Shown here: positions 12,240 through 21,870 of the stretch, piece after piece
How the letters are laid out: each line of letters begins with the position of its first letter
How positions within the stretch are numbered: the first letter of the stretch is position 1
Source of the DNA: Candidatus Latescibacterota bacterium
GTDB taxonomy: Bacteria; Latescibacterota; UBA2968; UBA8231
Direction of reading: 5' to 3'
NCBI GenBank assembly: GCA_965261395.1
Contig: OZ253462.1
Span: forward strand, 4,640,001-4,704,000
Length of the DNA: 64,000 nucleotides
Made by a program: the position numbers and the translations under genes
The notes under the pieces: model-generated
The model's input: only the letters and a program-made list of their open reading frames with translations
Told to the model about the DNA's origin: nothing
Databases searched by the model: none

Positions 12240-13232
12240 TTATTCTTGCTCTTTCATCTGGTCGTAGAACTGGACGATCTTGCCCCGATCCTCAGAGGCG
12301 TTAAAAGCCATGCCGGCTCGTGGATGCTCGTTGAGCAGGCCGGTGATCATGTAGGGATAGTCGTAGCCCCACATCAGCTTGGAGCGCAGCGACTCAACGT
12401 GCTGCTCAATGCACTTGAGCACTGGGCGCAAGCGAAATTTCGGATTGTGCAAAAAGCCCAACAAAAGCTCCATCTGGCAATTGCCCGCGCCGCGACCCAA
12501 GCCGGCAAAACTCGCGTCCACGCAATTGGCCCCCAGTATCGCGGCTTCGATGGTATTGGCAAAGGCCAGTTGCCGATTGTTGTGGGCGTGGATCCCGACC
12601 TCGATCGGGGTCCCCTCGAAGTATCCGAGAAACATGTTGCACAGCGCGCGGATTTGCTCGCTGTAGAGCGAGCCAAAGCTATCGACCACGTACACAGCCC
12701 CCACGTCTGAGTGCACCAGCATCTCCAGTGCGCTCTTGACCTCGGATTCCGGCACGGTAGAAACGGCCATTAGGTTGAGGGTCGTCTCATAGCCCTTGTC
12801 GCGGGCGTCCTTGATCATGTCCAGAGCCAGCGGCATCTGGTGGATATAGGTGGCCACGCGGATCATGTCCAACACGCTTTCAGACGCCGGCAGTATGTCC
12901 GTCTTGTAATCGCTTTTTTCGGCGTCGGCCATAGCCGCCAACTTCAGCGAGGTATTGTTGTCGCCGACGATGCGGCGGATGTCCTCCTCGCGGCAGTGCT
13001 TCCACGGCCCAAACTCGCCGGGCGGGAACTGCTCCCGCGAGTTGATATAGCCGATCTCCATATAGTCGATCCCACTCTCGATGCAGGCCTCGTACACGCC
13101 TTTGACCACCTCGTCGTCGAACCAATGGTCGTTCATTAGGCCGCCATCGCGGATTGTGACATCGACGACCTTGATTTCCTCCCGGTACCCGAGCCAATTA
13201 TCGGCCCAAGTCGCTCGGTTTTCCTCGCTCAT
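12240..13232 (-). CDS. DRE-TIM metallolyase (4-hydroxy-2-oxovalerate aldolase-like)
   Basis: DVTIRDGG, GIHAHNN, GLGRGAGN motifs. Confidence 0.85.
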   Translation of the reverse strand: MSEENRATWADNWLGYREEIKVVDVTIRDGGLMNDHWFDDEVVKGVYEACIESGIDYMEIGYINSREQFPPGEFGPWKHCREEDIRRIVGDNNTSLKLAAMADAEKSDYKTDILPASESVLDMIRVATYIHQMPLALDMIKDARDKGYETTLNLMAVSTVPESEVKSALEMLVHSDVGAVYVVDSFGSLYSEQIRALCNMFLGYFEGTPIEVGIHAHNNRQLAFANTIEAAILGANCVDASFAGLGRGAGNCQMELLLGFLHNPKFRLRPVLKCIEQHVESLRSKLMWGYDYPYMITGLLNEHPRAGMAFNASEDRGKIVQFYDQMKEQE

Positions 13233-13344
13233 TGCCCTCTCCTGTTTATGTCATGTAACTCAAGTATTGACGAAAGGATATATACTGCGGCACAACCGGC
13301 GAAAGGTCAAACCCCCAGCGGTTGGCGTACGGCAGCAACGTATC

Positions 13345-13370
13345 CGCAGATGAACGCAGATGAGCGCAGA
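13345..13370 (+). repeat. Short 10-bp-period tandem repeat (CGCAGATGAR x2.6), REP-like
   Basis: cgcagatgaa cgcagatgag cgcaga in the intergenic region. Confidence 0.6.
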
Positions 13371-13389
13371 GGTGGGATGCGACGGGTGC

Positions 13390-14466
13390 TCAGGCCGTCG
13401 CCACCGTCAGGGTGTGCAGCTTGTCCGCGTCGATCTCCACGCCCAAACCCGGCCCTTCAAACGGATACAAGTAGCTGCCCTCGGCCCGCACCCTTTCCAC
13501 CGCCGGCGACGCCGTGTACAGCACCGGCCCCATGGGGTCGCAGGGCAAGTTGGTGTTGGGCATGGCAATGCCAAGGCTGACCTGCGCCGACACCCCCAGC
13601 GTCGATTCTTGGTCCGTGCCGATCAGGCAGCGGAATCCGGCCGCCTCCGCCAAGGCAAAAAGCCGGCGGATATGGGTCGGGCCGCCGCAGACGCAGGCGA
13701 CGTTAAAGGCCGTGCAGGCCCTTTTTTCGATGGCTTCCATGCCCAGCGCTAGGCTGTTGATGTGCCAGCTCACCGGTAGGTCAACGCGCCGCACAAATTC
13801 GGCCGAGACCCGCAGACTGCGCGAGGGCTGCTCAAAGTGATAGGGCGCGTGGTGGCGGAGGACATCGGCGTAGCGGACGACTGTTTCCCAATCGGTGAAG
13901 CGCCCGGAAAAGTCGATGGACTTGAGCTTGAGCCGGTCGTCGAAGCGGCGTTTGGCTTCGCCTAAGAAGCGGTCGTCGAGCGCGCTATCGCCCGACACGT
14001 AATAGCGGAACAGGTGATGGCCCAAGTCGAGCAGCCGCTGGAGATAGCCCAGCGTGCGCTCGAAGTCCTCTTTGACCTGCCAGCCAAAGATCGGATAGCA
14101 GCAATAGAGCCGGTCTCGCATCTTGCCGCCCAAAAGCCGATAGGCCGGCACCCCTTGGGCCTTGCCGTTGAGATCGTAGAGCGCCAGATCAATCGCCGAG
14201 GCGAGGTGGAGGTTGGTTACTGAACTGTGGAAAGCGTGGCCGAGCAACAGCTCGTTGATCTCGGTAATGGCCCCGGCGTCCCGCCCCACCAACAGCTCGT
14301 TGTACTGCCGGGCAATGGCCGCCAAATCCTCGGCGCGGCTGTCGGACGCCTCGCCCCAGCCGACCGGGCCGTCATCGACAAAGACCTTGACCAGTACGTG
14401 CCCGGAGATGTCGCCGTAGTAGCGCGGGGTCTCTATCTGCATGGTTTCTACTTTGGTAATTTTCAC
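13390..14466 (-). CDS. Mandelate racemase/muconate lactonizing enzyme (enolase superfamily)
   Basis: MKITKVET start, GWGE, SAIDLALYDLNGK, GPGLGVEID. Confidence 0.88.
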   Translation of the reverse strand: MKITKVETMQIETPRYYGDISGHVLVKVFVDDGPVGWGEASDSRAEDLAAIARQYNELLVGRDAGAITEINELLLGHAFHSSVTNLHLASAIDLALYDLNGKAQGVPAYRLLGGKMRDRLYCCYPIFGWQVKEDFERTLGYLQRLLDLGHHLFRYYVSGDSALDDRFLGEAKRRFDDRLKLKSIDFSGRFTDWETVVRYADVLRHHAPYHFEQPSRSLRVSAEFVRRVDLPVSWHINSLALGMEAIEKRACTAFNVACVCGGPTHIRRLFALAEAAGFRCLIGTDQESTLGVSAQVSLGIAMPNTNLPCDPMGPVLYTASPAVERVRAEGSYLYPFEGPGLGVEIDADKLHTLTVATA

Positions 14467-14469
14467 ACC

Positions 14470-14521
14470 TAGCTCCTTTGCTTTGCCAAGCTGCCCAGCG
14501 CCGCGAGCAACTCGTCGATTT
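14470..14521. repeat. Left att-like direct repeat of island 1 (displaced 3' end of the class V aminotransferase gene)
   Basis: 47/52 identical to 21872-21923; minus strand encodes IDELLAALGSLAKQRS*. Confidence 0.9.
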
Positions 14522-14625
14522 GGGTTTGAAACAAAAAAGATTCGGCATCATATACAACAAAATACGTCGATTTCGGAACGGACAGGCGGTGATTCGGACA
14601 GGAGCACGTGTGAGCAGAGGCACCA

Positions 14626-16071
14626 TCAGTACACCATCTCCCGGTAGCTCTGCGCGATCTTCTCGATCGCCACGACGTACGCCGCGGTGCGCAGGTCGCG
14701 CACCTTGTCATGACTCAAAAACACCTCGCGTATCTCGTTGTACGCCTGCCGCATCGTATCGTCCAGGCCAGATCGCACCAGGTCCAGCTCGTCGGCTCCG
14801 CGCACCAGATCGTGCCGCTGGGTTTCGGGAAGGGGTTTGCCAACCGCCGTCTCGATGGCCTCGACGATACGCTGTCCGCGCATTTCGTCGATACGCCGGT
14901 CCATGCGACCGAAGCGGATGTGGGACAGGTTCTTGATCCATTCGAAGTAGGAGACTATCACGCCCCCTGCATTCAGGTAAGCGTCTGGAATCACCACCTT
15001 GCCGCGATCGCGCAGGATTTCGTCCGCCTCGAAAGTGATCGGACCGTTGGCGGCCTCGGCGATCAGCGGTGCCTGGATGCGCTCGGCGTTTTCCGCGGTG
15101 ATCACCGATTCGATGGCCGCGGGGATCAGGATGTCGCAGTCTGCTTCCAGCAAAAAGCTGCCGTCCTCCACGAACTCGGAGTCCCGAAAGCCCTGGCTGC
15201 CGCCCTTTTCGCGGCGATAGGTGGCGAGCTCCTCGATGTCTAGCCCGTCCTCACACACCACGGCCCCCTCGCGCTCAAGAAGGGCGACCACCCTGACACC
15301 ATCCTCTTCGGACAGGAACTTTGCAGCGTGGTACCCGACGTTGCCCAAGCCCTGGATGATTACGCGCTTGCCCTCCAAGTCTCCATCCATCCCGACCTTC
15401 TGCACATCGTCGGGATGACGGAAGAATTCCCTGAGGGCGTACTGCACCCCGCGCCCCGTCGCCTCGTTGCGGCCGCGGATTCCGTTCATGTGCACGGGTT
15501 TGCCGGTGACACAGGCGACGGCGTTGATGTCGTTGGGATACAGGGCGCGGTAGGCATCCGCGATCCACCCCATCTCGCGCGCGCCCGTGCCCATGTCGGG
15601 AGCCGGCACGTTGAGGCTGGGGCTGATGTAGCCTTTCTTCGCCAGCTCCATCGTGAAATTACGAGTGATCAGCTCGAGTTCGGCGGCGTCGTAGTCGCGC
15701 GGATCAATCTGTAGGGCACCCTTAGAGCCCCCGTACGGGACGTCGACAATGGCGCACTTGTAGGTCATCAGGGCGGCTAGGGCCTCGACCTCGTCCTGGT
15801 CGACGATCGGCGCATAGCGGATGCCGCCTTTCACCGGCAGGTAGTGCTCGCTGTGGACGGCGCGCCAGCCGGTGAAGACCCGAAACTCCCCCCGTATGTG
15901 AACGGGGAAGCTGACTTGGAACACGGAGTTACATGTCCTGATCTGGTCGACGATGCCCGGCTCGAGCTCCATCGTGGCGGCGGCCGCCTCGAACATCCGG
16001 TCGACGCTGCCCTTGAACGAATTCTTCCGCTCTTTCAAACCGGACTCCGCAGTACCTCTTTTTTTTGTCAT
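14626..16071 (-). CDS. gdhA: Glu/Leu/Phe/Val dehydrogenase (glutamate dehydrogenase)
   Basis: PVKGGIRY, MTYKCA, GGSKG, VPAPDMGT, QGLGNVG, EAANGP, NAGGVIVSYFEW; RBS GGAG before ATG 16071. Confidence 0.92.
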   Translation of the reverse strand: MTKKRGTAESGLKERKNSFKGSVDRMFEAAAATMELEPGIVDQIRTCNSVFQVSFPVHIRGEFRVFTGWRAVHSEHYLPVKGGIRYAPIVDQDEVEALAALMTYKCAIVDVPYGGSKGALQIDPRDYDAAELELITRNFTMELAKKGYISPSLNVPAPDMGTGAREMGWIADAYRALYPNDINAVACVTGKPVHMNGIRGRNEATGRGVQYALREFFRHPDDVQKVGMDGDLEGKRVIIQGLGNVGYHAAKFLSEEDGVRVVALLEREGAVVCEDGLDIEELATYRREKGGSQGFRDSEFVEDGSFLLEADCDILIPAAIESVITAENAERIQAPLIAEAANGPITFEADEILRDRGKVVIPDAYLNAGGVIVSYFEWIKNLSHIRFGRMDRRIDEMRGQRIVEAIETAVGKPLPETQRHDLVRGADELDLVRSGLDDTMRQAYNEIREVFLSHDKVRDLRTAAYVVAIEKIAQSYREMVY

Positions 16072-16119
16072 ACTCTCCAACCCCTATTCTTCGATGATGG
16101 GTGGCGCGCAAGTGACTAA

Positions 16120-18371
16120 TCACTCAATCAAGACTGGCTCGCTCGCATGGACGAACAGCACATCGTTCGCCCCGTCGTAGCACTGGAGCGTTTGCTCCGC
16201 CTTGCCCGATTTGATGTCGTCCTCGGTCAGGCCGGCGATGACCAAATCGGCCTTAGCGGAGCGGAGAGACACCTCAAATTCGAGGGATTCACGGGTCGTG
16301 CAAGAAACGGACGTCACATTCTGCTTAGAGATCGGCAATCGTCCCTCCATCATCAAATTGGAGAGCTTCTGCGCTTCGCGTTCTGCGTCTCCAGAGTCGA
16401 GGCATGCAAAGAGCCGGATCTCGGCGCGCCTCCACTCCGAATGCCCCACGATGATGTACGCCAAAAGCAGCATCAGCGGAGCGTTGGCGAGGTTATCCTC
16501 AGTCACCCATAGGTGGATCGAGGATCGATAGCCGAAACGGTAGTTCGTCGAGCGCAGGATTAAGACGTTGAACATCGATTCCTCTGCGAGACGTGCGCCC
16601 TGCACGGTCTCTTTGATCTCTTCTGGATGCTCTTTGTCGAATTCGAGCAGGACGCAGTTGTTGGGCAAACCCGAGATGCCAGGCATCTGGAGCGTCGGCG
16701 CCAGCGCCATCTGGAACGAAGGACAAATCAGCGAATCCACGAAAATGCCCGCCCCGCTGACCTCGGTCCGCGCGATCAGTCTGCCCACATGCAGGCGGGC
16801 CTCGATCTCTTCAGTAAACGAGTATTCGCCCTGAACGAACTGAATGAAGTGCCCGAATCCATGCCGGTGGCTGATCCAACGCAGCAGGTCGAAGTGCCCC
16901 AGCCGACGTTCTCCGAAACGAGTCACCGCGACGATCGAGGGTCGCCAGCCCCCTTCCGATTTCACCGCGCGGTTCTTCTGCAGCGAAATCTGCAGACGGC
17001 GCGTCAGTTGGAACATCGTCCCTTGGAAGATCGCCGTCAGGCCGCGCTCTTCCTGCCGCGTACGACGCAGTCCGAAGTAGGTCGCCACCATGATAAAGAT
17101 CGCTACGAGTGTGTACACCACGTTCATTTGGATCATCATCAGGCCGCACATCACCGCGCCCAGCAGCGACAGATACCAGCGGGAATGGAAGGTAGGGCGA
17201 TAGGACGGATTGCCGGCGAAGTATTCGAGGAACGACACCGCGCAAAGGGCACCATAGGTCACCATGAAGAACATGCTGAGGATTTGGGCAATAAAATCAA
17301 TGTCGCCCAAAACGACGAAGGCAATCGCGATGGCACTCGACACGCAGGTTGCATACACCGGCTCCTGCGCCTTGCCCCAGCCTTGCCCCAATAGGCGATT
17401 CAGTTTTGGAACGGGCAGCACGTTGTCGCGCGCGAGGGCTTGCAGTGTTCTAGGAGCGACGAGGATCGAACCGAGGGCCGAGGACAGGGCGGCAGCACCC
17501 AGCCCCACGTAGATTGCCGGACCCCACAGGGCGATCTGCGCCATGACGAACTGATCGGCGGCGAGCGCTTCCGGCGTCGCGCTCAGGGCCAGCTTGATGG
17601 CAACCAGCGCGTACACGACCATGCCCATGAGCGTCGCGCCGATTATGCCGAGCGGGATGCTCTTCTGGGGATTCTTCAGGTCGCCGGAAAGTCCCAAGCC
17701 CGCGATCATACCCTGAAGGCCGGAAAGCACGTCGCGAAGACAATGCCGAAGGAATCTCCTCCTTCGATGCGCGCGGTCAGATTCAGGCCGTCGGGACGAA
17801 TCGACTCGGGAGCCTGCCCTAAGAGGAACGCGACAATCGACGCCCCCAAGATCGCGCTGACAATCCACAGTGCCCTAACGCCGAGACCGGCACCTTTGAT
17901 GAGCATCAGTACGGCCAGCAAGACTGCACAAGGCAAGCTCACCCAACGCGGATCGGCGTCCACTGCGTACGTCGCGGCGACCCATTCGGAAACAGGCTTA
18001 AATGCTTCTGCGAAGGCGACCAAGTAGAAGGCGACCGAAATCGCTTGGGAGAGGTACAGCGCAATCCCAATCGAGCCTCCGATGCTAGTGCCAAAGGAGC
18101 GGCTGATAATGTAGTACGCACCGCCGCCTGCCACGCGGCGATTCGTCGCAATCTCGGACACCGCTAGGACCGTGGGAATGGTTACGAGATGCCCGATAAC
18201 GATGATCATGAGACTGCCCCAAAGGCCGACATGCGCGACAGCGTAGCCGAATCGCAGGAAGAGGATCGCTCCGAGGATCGTGCTGATTGACGCGAGAAAA
18301 ACAGGCGCGGTGCCAAAGCCGTGCCCCACTTGGGAAAAGCTAGCGGTTGGTCCAACTTGTTGTGAGGCCAA
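16120..18371 (-). pseudogene. Amino acid permease / SLC12 (cation-chloride cotransporter)-like gene, split by a 1-nt frameshift near 17714
   Basis: N-half ends FATCFPAF and C-half continues GMIAGLGLSGDLKNPQKSIP; TTC AGG GTA TG is one base short of TTC ACG GGT ATG. Could be a sequencing error. Confidence 0.8.
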
Positions 18372-18464
18372 CGGGATTCCTTTCGCGATGGGGAATAGTC
18401 TTACTTGGCATTATCTGAGGCGTGATTATGCCTGTCCTCTCGGCCTATCCCCCGGACATAGACC

Positions 18465-18501
18465 GGCGGGGCCACCCATTTCCAATATGGGTGGCCCCGC
18501 C
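18465..18501. repeat. Perfect 15-bp-stem intergenic hairpin
   Basis: ggcggggccacccat-ttccaat-atgggtggccccgcc, no T-tract. Confidence 0.75.
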
Positions 18502-18536
18502 TCGCTCATCAACTGCCTCTATATTCAGGCAGCCAG

Positions 18537-20135
18537 TTACTCTTCCTTGTTTACTTCTTCCAGATCCTGTGTCCATTGCTCCATATGTCTTTTGGCCAAG
18601 TCGCGACCCCCCATGCCGAACGCGATCGCCGCGGCGATGGCTGCCGAACCGAGCATGATGCCGAAGGCGAGGGTGATGATCTCGTTTGCGAGGCCCATCT
18701 CCGTGAGCGCCATAAAAAGAGACAGGGTCACGATCCCAACCCGGACAATAGCGCCGAGGATGTTGCCGTAGGCTCCTCCTTTTCTGGCTACGATGCGACC
18801 GAACACAGACGCGAGGTAAAGCCCGAAACCGAAGATCACCGCACCCAAGACGACCTTGCCAAACAGCAGCGTCAGCTTCACGAGCATGCCTGCCAACTCT
18901 TGGAATCCGAGTTGCGCGGTTGCCTCAATGGCAGAAAACAGGAGCACGGCCACCATCGCGATATATCCCGCCAGTTGCGACGGCGGGCGCTCCAACGCAA
19001 AGGTCGCCTCCGCTGTTGAAGACGGGCGGCCCGCCGCAGAGGTCGCCTCCGCGATGGAAGGCGAGCGCTCCTCAGCAAGGCTCACCTCCGCTATTCCAAG
19101 GCGCTGTAGCAGCGTGTTGAAACCTATTTGCCTTAGCACGTCGTCAACCACGCGGGATACCAATCGAGCCACCAAATAGCCGATGAGGAGGATGCCTGCG
19201 GCGACCAAGATAGATGGCACGGCCGCCAATACTCCCTCTAGCATGGAACTGGCGGGATTGGAGATGGCATTAAAGTTTAGCGATTCGAGTGCGGAGATCA
19301 CTGCGAGGATCAAGATGACCGCATAAGACACCGTCCCGGCAAGCCCCGAAAGGCTTTCGATACCCAGTCCAGTCGCCAGTCCCACGCGACGACCGAAACT
19401 GTTTACCCCGGTGGCGTCGAGGACGTTGGTGACTACCCGCTGGACGATGCGCGCACCGAGCCAGCCGATTAGCATGACGAGGGCGGCCGCAAACAGGTTG
19501 GGCAAGAAACCGACGATTTTGGCCAGCATCTGCTGTAGCGGCTGCAGCAATCCCTGCAATCCCAAGGCATCCAAGACCGCCGGGAGCAGCGCGAGAAACG
19601 TGAGCCAGTACACGAAGTTGCCGACGGTCTGCGGTAGCACACTCTCTGTCGTAGGCTCGATTCCGGCCGGTTCAGCCAACCGCCGCTCGATATTGACCCG
19701 TGAAAGCACGCCCGTTACGACCCGCCGCAGCAGGCTGCCTGCGATCCAAGCAACAAAAAGCAACACAGCGGCGCTCACCAGCTTGGGCAGGTAAACGAAT
19801 ATCTGGTTCAGCATCCCGTTGAGCGGTTCAGTCACTGCCGTCATGCCGAGCATCTGAAAGAAGCCAACGAGTACGAAGGCCATCACCAGATAGAACACCG
19901 CCTTGCTGATCCAGCGTTCGGGGTGGATGTCCGCAGCGGCGTCGCGGCCCATGACCAGCTCGACTAATTTGTCGTCCAGTCGCGTCTTGAGCAGAACCCG
20001 ACGGACGATCAAGGACGTCAGATGCGCCACTAACCATCCGAGCACGAGTACGACGAAAGACACGATGATATGGGTAAAGGGGGAGAAGTATCGCTCCCAC
20101 CATTCCCACTTTTCAAGCAAGTTTGCTAGTTCCAT
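18537..20135 (-). CDS. Mechanosensitive-channel-related multi-TM-helix repeat protein (CmpX-like)
   Basis: Repeated YLP/FLPNL..A.L.L.GW..A.....V modules, C-terminal AIAFGMGGRDLA; RBS AAAGGA before ATG 20135. Confidence 0.82.
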   Translation of the reverse strand: MELANLLEKWEWWERYFSPFTHIIVSFVVLVLGWLVAHLTSLIVRRVLLKTRLDDKLVELVMGRDAAADIHPERWISKAVFYLVMAFVLVGFFQMLGMTAVTEPLNGMLNQIFVYLPKLVSAAVLLFVAWIAGSLLRRVVTGVLSRVNIERRLAEPAGIEPTTESVLPQTVGNFVYWLTFLALLPAVLDALGLQGLLQPLQQMLAKIVGFLPNLFAAALVMLIGWLGARIVQRVVTNVLDATGVNSFGRRVGLATGLGIESLSGLAGTVSYAVILILAVISALESLNFNAISNPASSMLEGVLAAVPSILVAAGILLIGYLVARLVSRVVDDVLRQIGFNTLLQRLGIAEVSLAEERSPSIAEATSAAGRPSSTAEATFALERPPSQLAGYIAMVAVLLFSAIEATAQLGFQELAGMLVKLTLLFGKVVLGAVIFGFGLYLASVFGRIVARKGGAYGNILGAIVRVGIVTLSLFMALTEMGLANEIITLAFGIMLGSAAIAAAIAFGMGGRDLAKRHMEQWTQDLEEVNKEE

Positions 20136-20199
20136 AGCAATTCCTTTCTCTATGAGGGGTCCCTTTTCGGCCGTCAGTTCGGCCGTCAGGCGAAATAAT

Positions 20200-20215
20200 A
20201 GCAAAGCCTGTGCCG
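20200..20215 (-). promoter_or_regulatory. Sigma54 (-24/-12) promoter for the island operon
   Basis: Minus strand CGGCACAGGCTTTGCT (GG-N10-GC), 65 nt upstream of ATG 20135 and divergent from a sigma54 activator. Confidence 0.8.
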
Positions 20216-20300
20216 CTTTTTGGAGTCGCGCCGCGGACTTCACAACTATTCCTTTATATAGCTTTACCTAGGCGCTTAACCCTAGGCCTATAGCTTGACA

Positions 20301-20349
20301 ATCAAAATGGCGAGGACGACATTCTGTCGTCCCTACCAGTCACTTTGAC
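20301..20349. promoter_or_regulatory. Putative upstream activator sequences (three related palindromes)
   Basis: ATCAaaaTGGC (20301), GACAttcTGTC (20318), GTCActtTGAC (20339), about 100-150 bp upstream of the sigma54 promoter. Confidence 0.5.
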
Positions 20350-20370
20350 GTAGCGCGCAATCTACTACCG

Positions 20371-21783
20371 ATGCCGGCATCTTCCAGTCCAGCAGCTTAT
20401 GAGCCTTTGCCAAGCAGAGTGTTGGTTGCCGATAGCAACCCGAAACACTTGGCAATCGCGACCTCAATCCTACGGGAAAGTGGCTATGATGAGATTGTCG
20501 AAGCGACGGATGGCATCGTCGCCGAGCGGCTGCTCAAAACGCAGTCTCTGGATGTGGCGATCATAGATATCAAGATGCCGGGCGGTATGCAGTTGCTGCG
20601 CACAGCCGTCAGACTGACTCCGCCGCTGCCGGTAGTCATCTTCACCTCTTATACAACTGTAAAACAAGCGGTACAGGCCATGCGGCTAGGGGCCGTCGAT
20701 TACGTGATCAAACCGGTCGATGCCAATGACCTGCTGACGGCCGTACATCGCTCCCTCGAACGCAAGCGGATGCTTGCCCCTAGCTCTGCCGAACAGGTGG
20801 AAGCGAGGACGGGATTCGGCGGATTGCTGGGGACCTCTAGTGCGATGCAGGGGGTGTTCGATCAGATTCGCCGTGCGGCACCATTCAAGTCAACGGTTCT
20901 GATCACGGGCGAAAGCGGCACCGGGAAAGAGTTGGTGGCAAGCGCCATTCACGCACTCAGTGCTGCGAGCAATGGGCCGTTCGTTGCCATCAACTGCTCG
21001 GCTCTGCCGGTGGATCTGGCCGAGAGTGAGTTGTTCGGACACGAGAAAGGTTCCTTTACCGGAGCCACGCAGGCCCAGCAGGGGCTTTTTGAAGCAGCCC
21101 ATAACGGGACCCTCTTCCTCGACGAAATCGGGGACTTAGAGCTACAGGTGCAGACGAAATTATTGCGCGTGCTAGAGGAACAGAAAGTCCGACGCTTAGG
21201 GGCTACCCAATTGATCGGAGTCAACGTGCGCGTCGTCGCGGCCTCGAATATGAATCTAACGGCAGCGGTCCGAATGGGGAGATTCCGCGAAGACCTATAC
21301 TACCGCCTCAACGTCATCCACATTTCCGTCCCGCCCCTCAGAGATCGGAAGGCGGATATCCCTCTACTGGTGCGGGTTTTTGCCGAGCGTTTCGCAGAGC
21401 AGAATGGAATCGCTCCCGTCGAAATAGCGGATCGCTATCTCGACCGTATGGCCGAATACGACTGGCCGGGCAATATCAGAGAGCTGAAGAACACGGTCGA
21501 GCGTCTGGCGATCTATGCCGCAGACAGCAACGCGGAAATCGGCGAGCAAGACCTCGCGTCCATTTTGCCAAGTGCTGATAGAAGCGCTCCGCCAGACGAT
21601 TCGGAATCTCAGGGGCCGGGTTTCGCGCCGCAGACGCTGGCCGCAATTGAAAGGGAGATGATTCTGGATACGCTCACGCACACCGGCGGCAACCGCACTC
21701 AAGGTGCCGAAATCCTGGGCATCAGTTTGCGAACACTGCAACGGAAACTCATACAGTACGGCGTCACCCCGCAGAAAATCTGA
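20371..21783 (+). CDS. Sigma54-dependent response regulator (REC-AAA-HTH), orphan
   Basis: DIKMPG receiver, GESGTGKE, ESELFGHEKGSFTGA, WPGNIREL, GGNRTQGAEILGISLRTL. Confidence 0.92.
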   Translation: MPASSSPAAYEPLPSRVLVADSNPKHLAIATSILRESGYDEIVEATDGIVAERLLKTQSLDVAIIDIKMPGGMQLLRTAVRLTPPLPVVIFTSYTTVKQAVQAMRLGAVDYVIKPVDANDLLTAVHRSLERKRMLAPSSAEQVEARTGFGGLLGTSSAMQGVFDQIRRAAPFKSTVLITGESGTGKELVASAIHALSAASNGPFVAINCSALPVDLAESELFGHEKGSFTGATQAQQGLFEAAHNGTLFLDEIGDLELQVQTKLLRVLEEQKVRRLGATQLIGVNVRVVAASNMNLTAAVRMGRFREDLYYRLNVIHISVPPLRDRKADIPLLVRVFAERFAEQNGIAPVEIADRYLDRMAEYDWPGNIRELKNTVERLAIYAADSNAEIGEQDLASILPSADRSAPPDDSESQGPGFAPQTLAAIEREMILDTLTHTGGNRTQGAEILGISLRTLQRKLIQYGVTPQKI

Positions 21784-21870
21784 GCTACTAAAGCCGACTA
21801 CCCGTCTCGTCTTTTAATACGTCTTTCTGTCGTCCTATACGACAAAATAGCGCTCTACGCTCGTTTGCAC

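Noticed and set aside
13345-13370. CRISPR-like repeat
   Set aside because: Only 2.6 copies of a 10-bp unit, with no spacers and no cas genes
21829-21849. Chromosomal dif site or LexA box
   Set aside because: Lacks the XerD arm TTATGTTAAAT and does not match LexA motifs I know; kept only as an island-end motif
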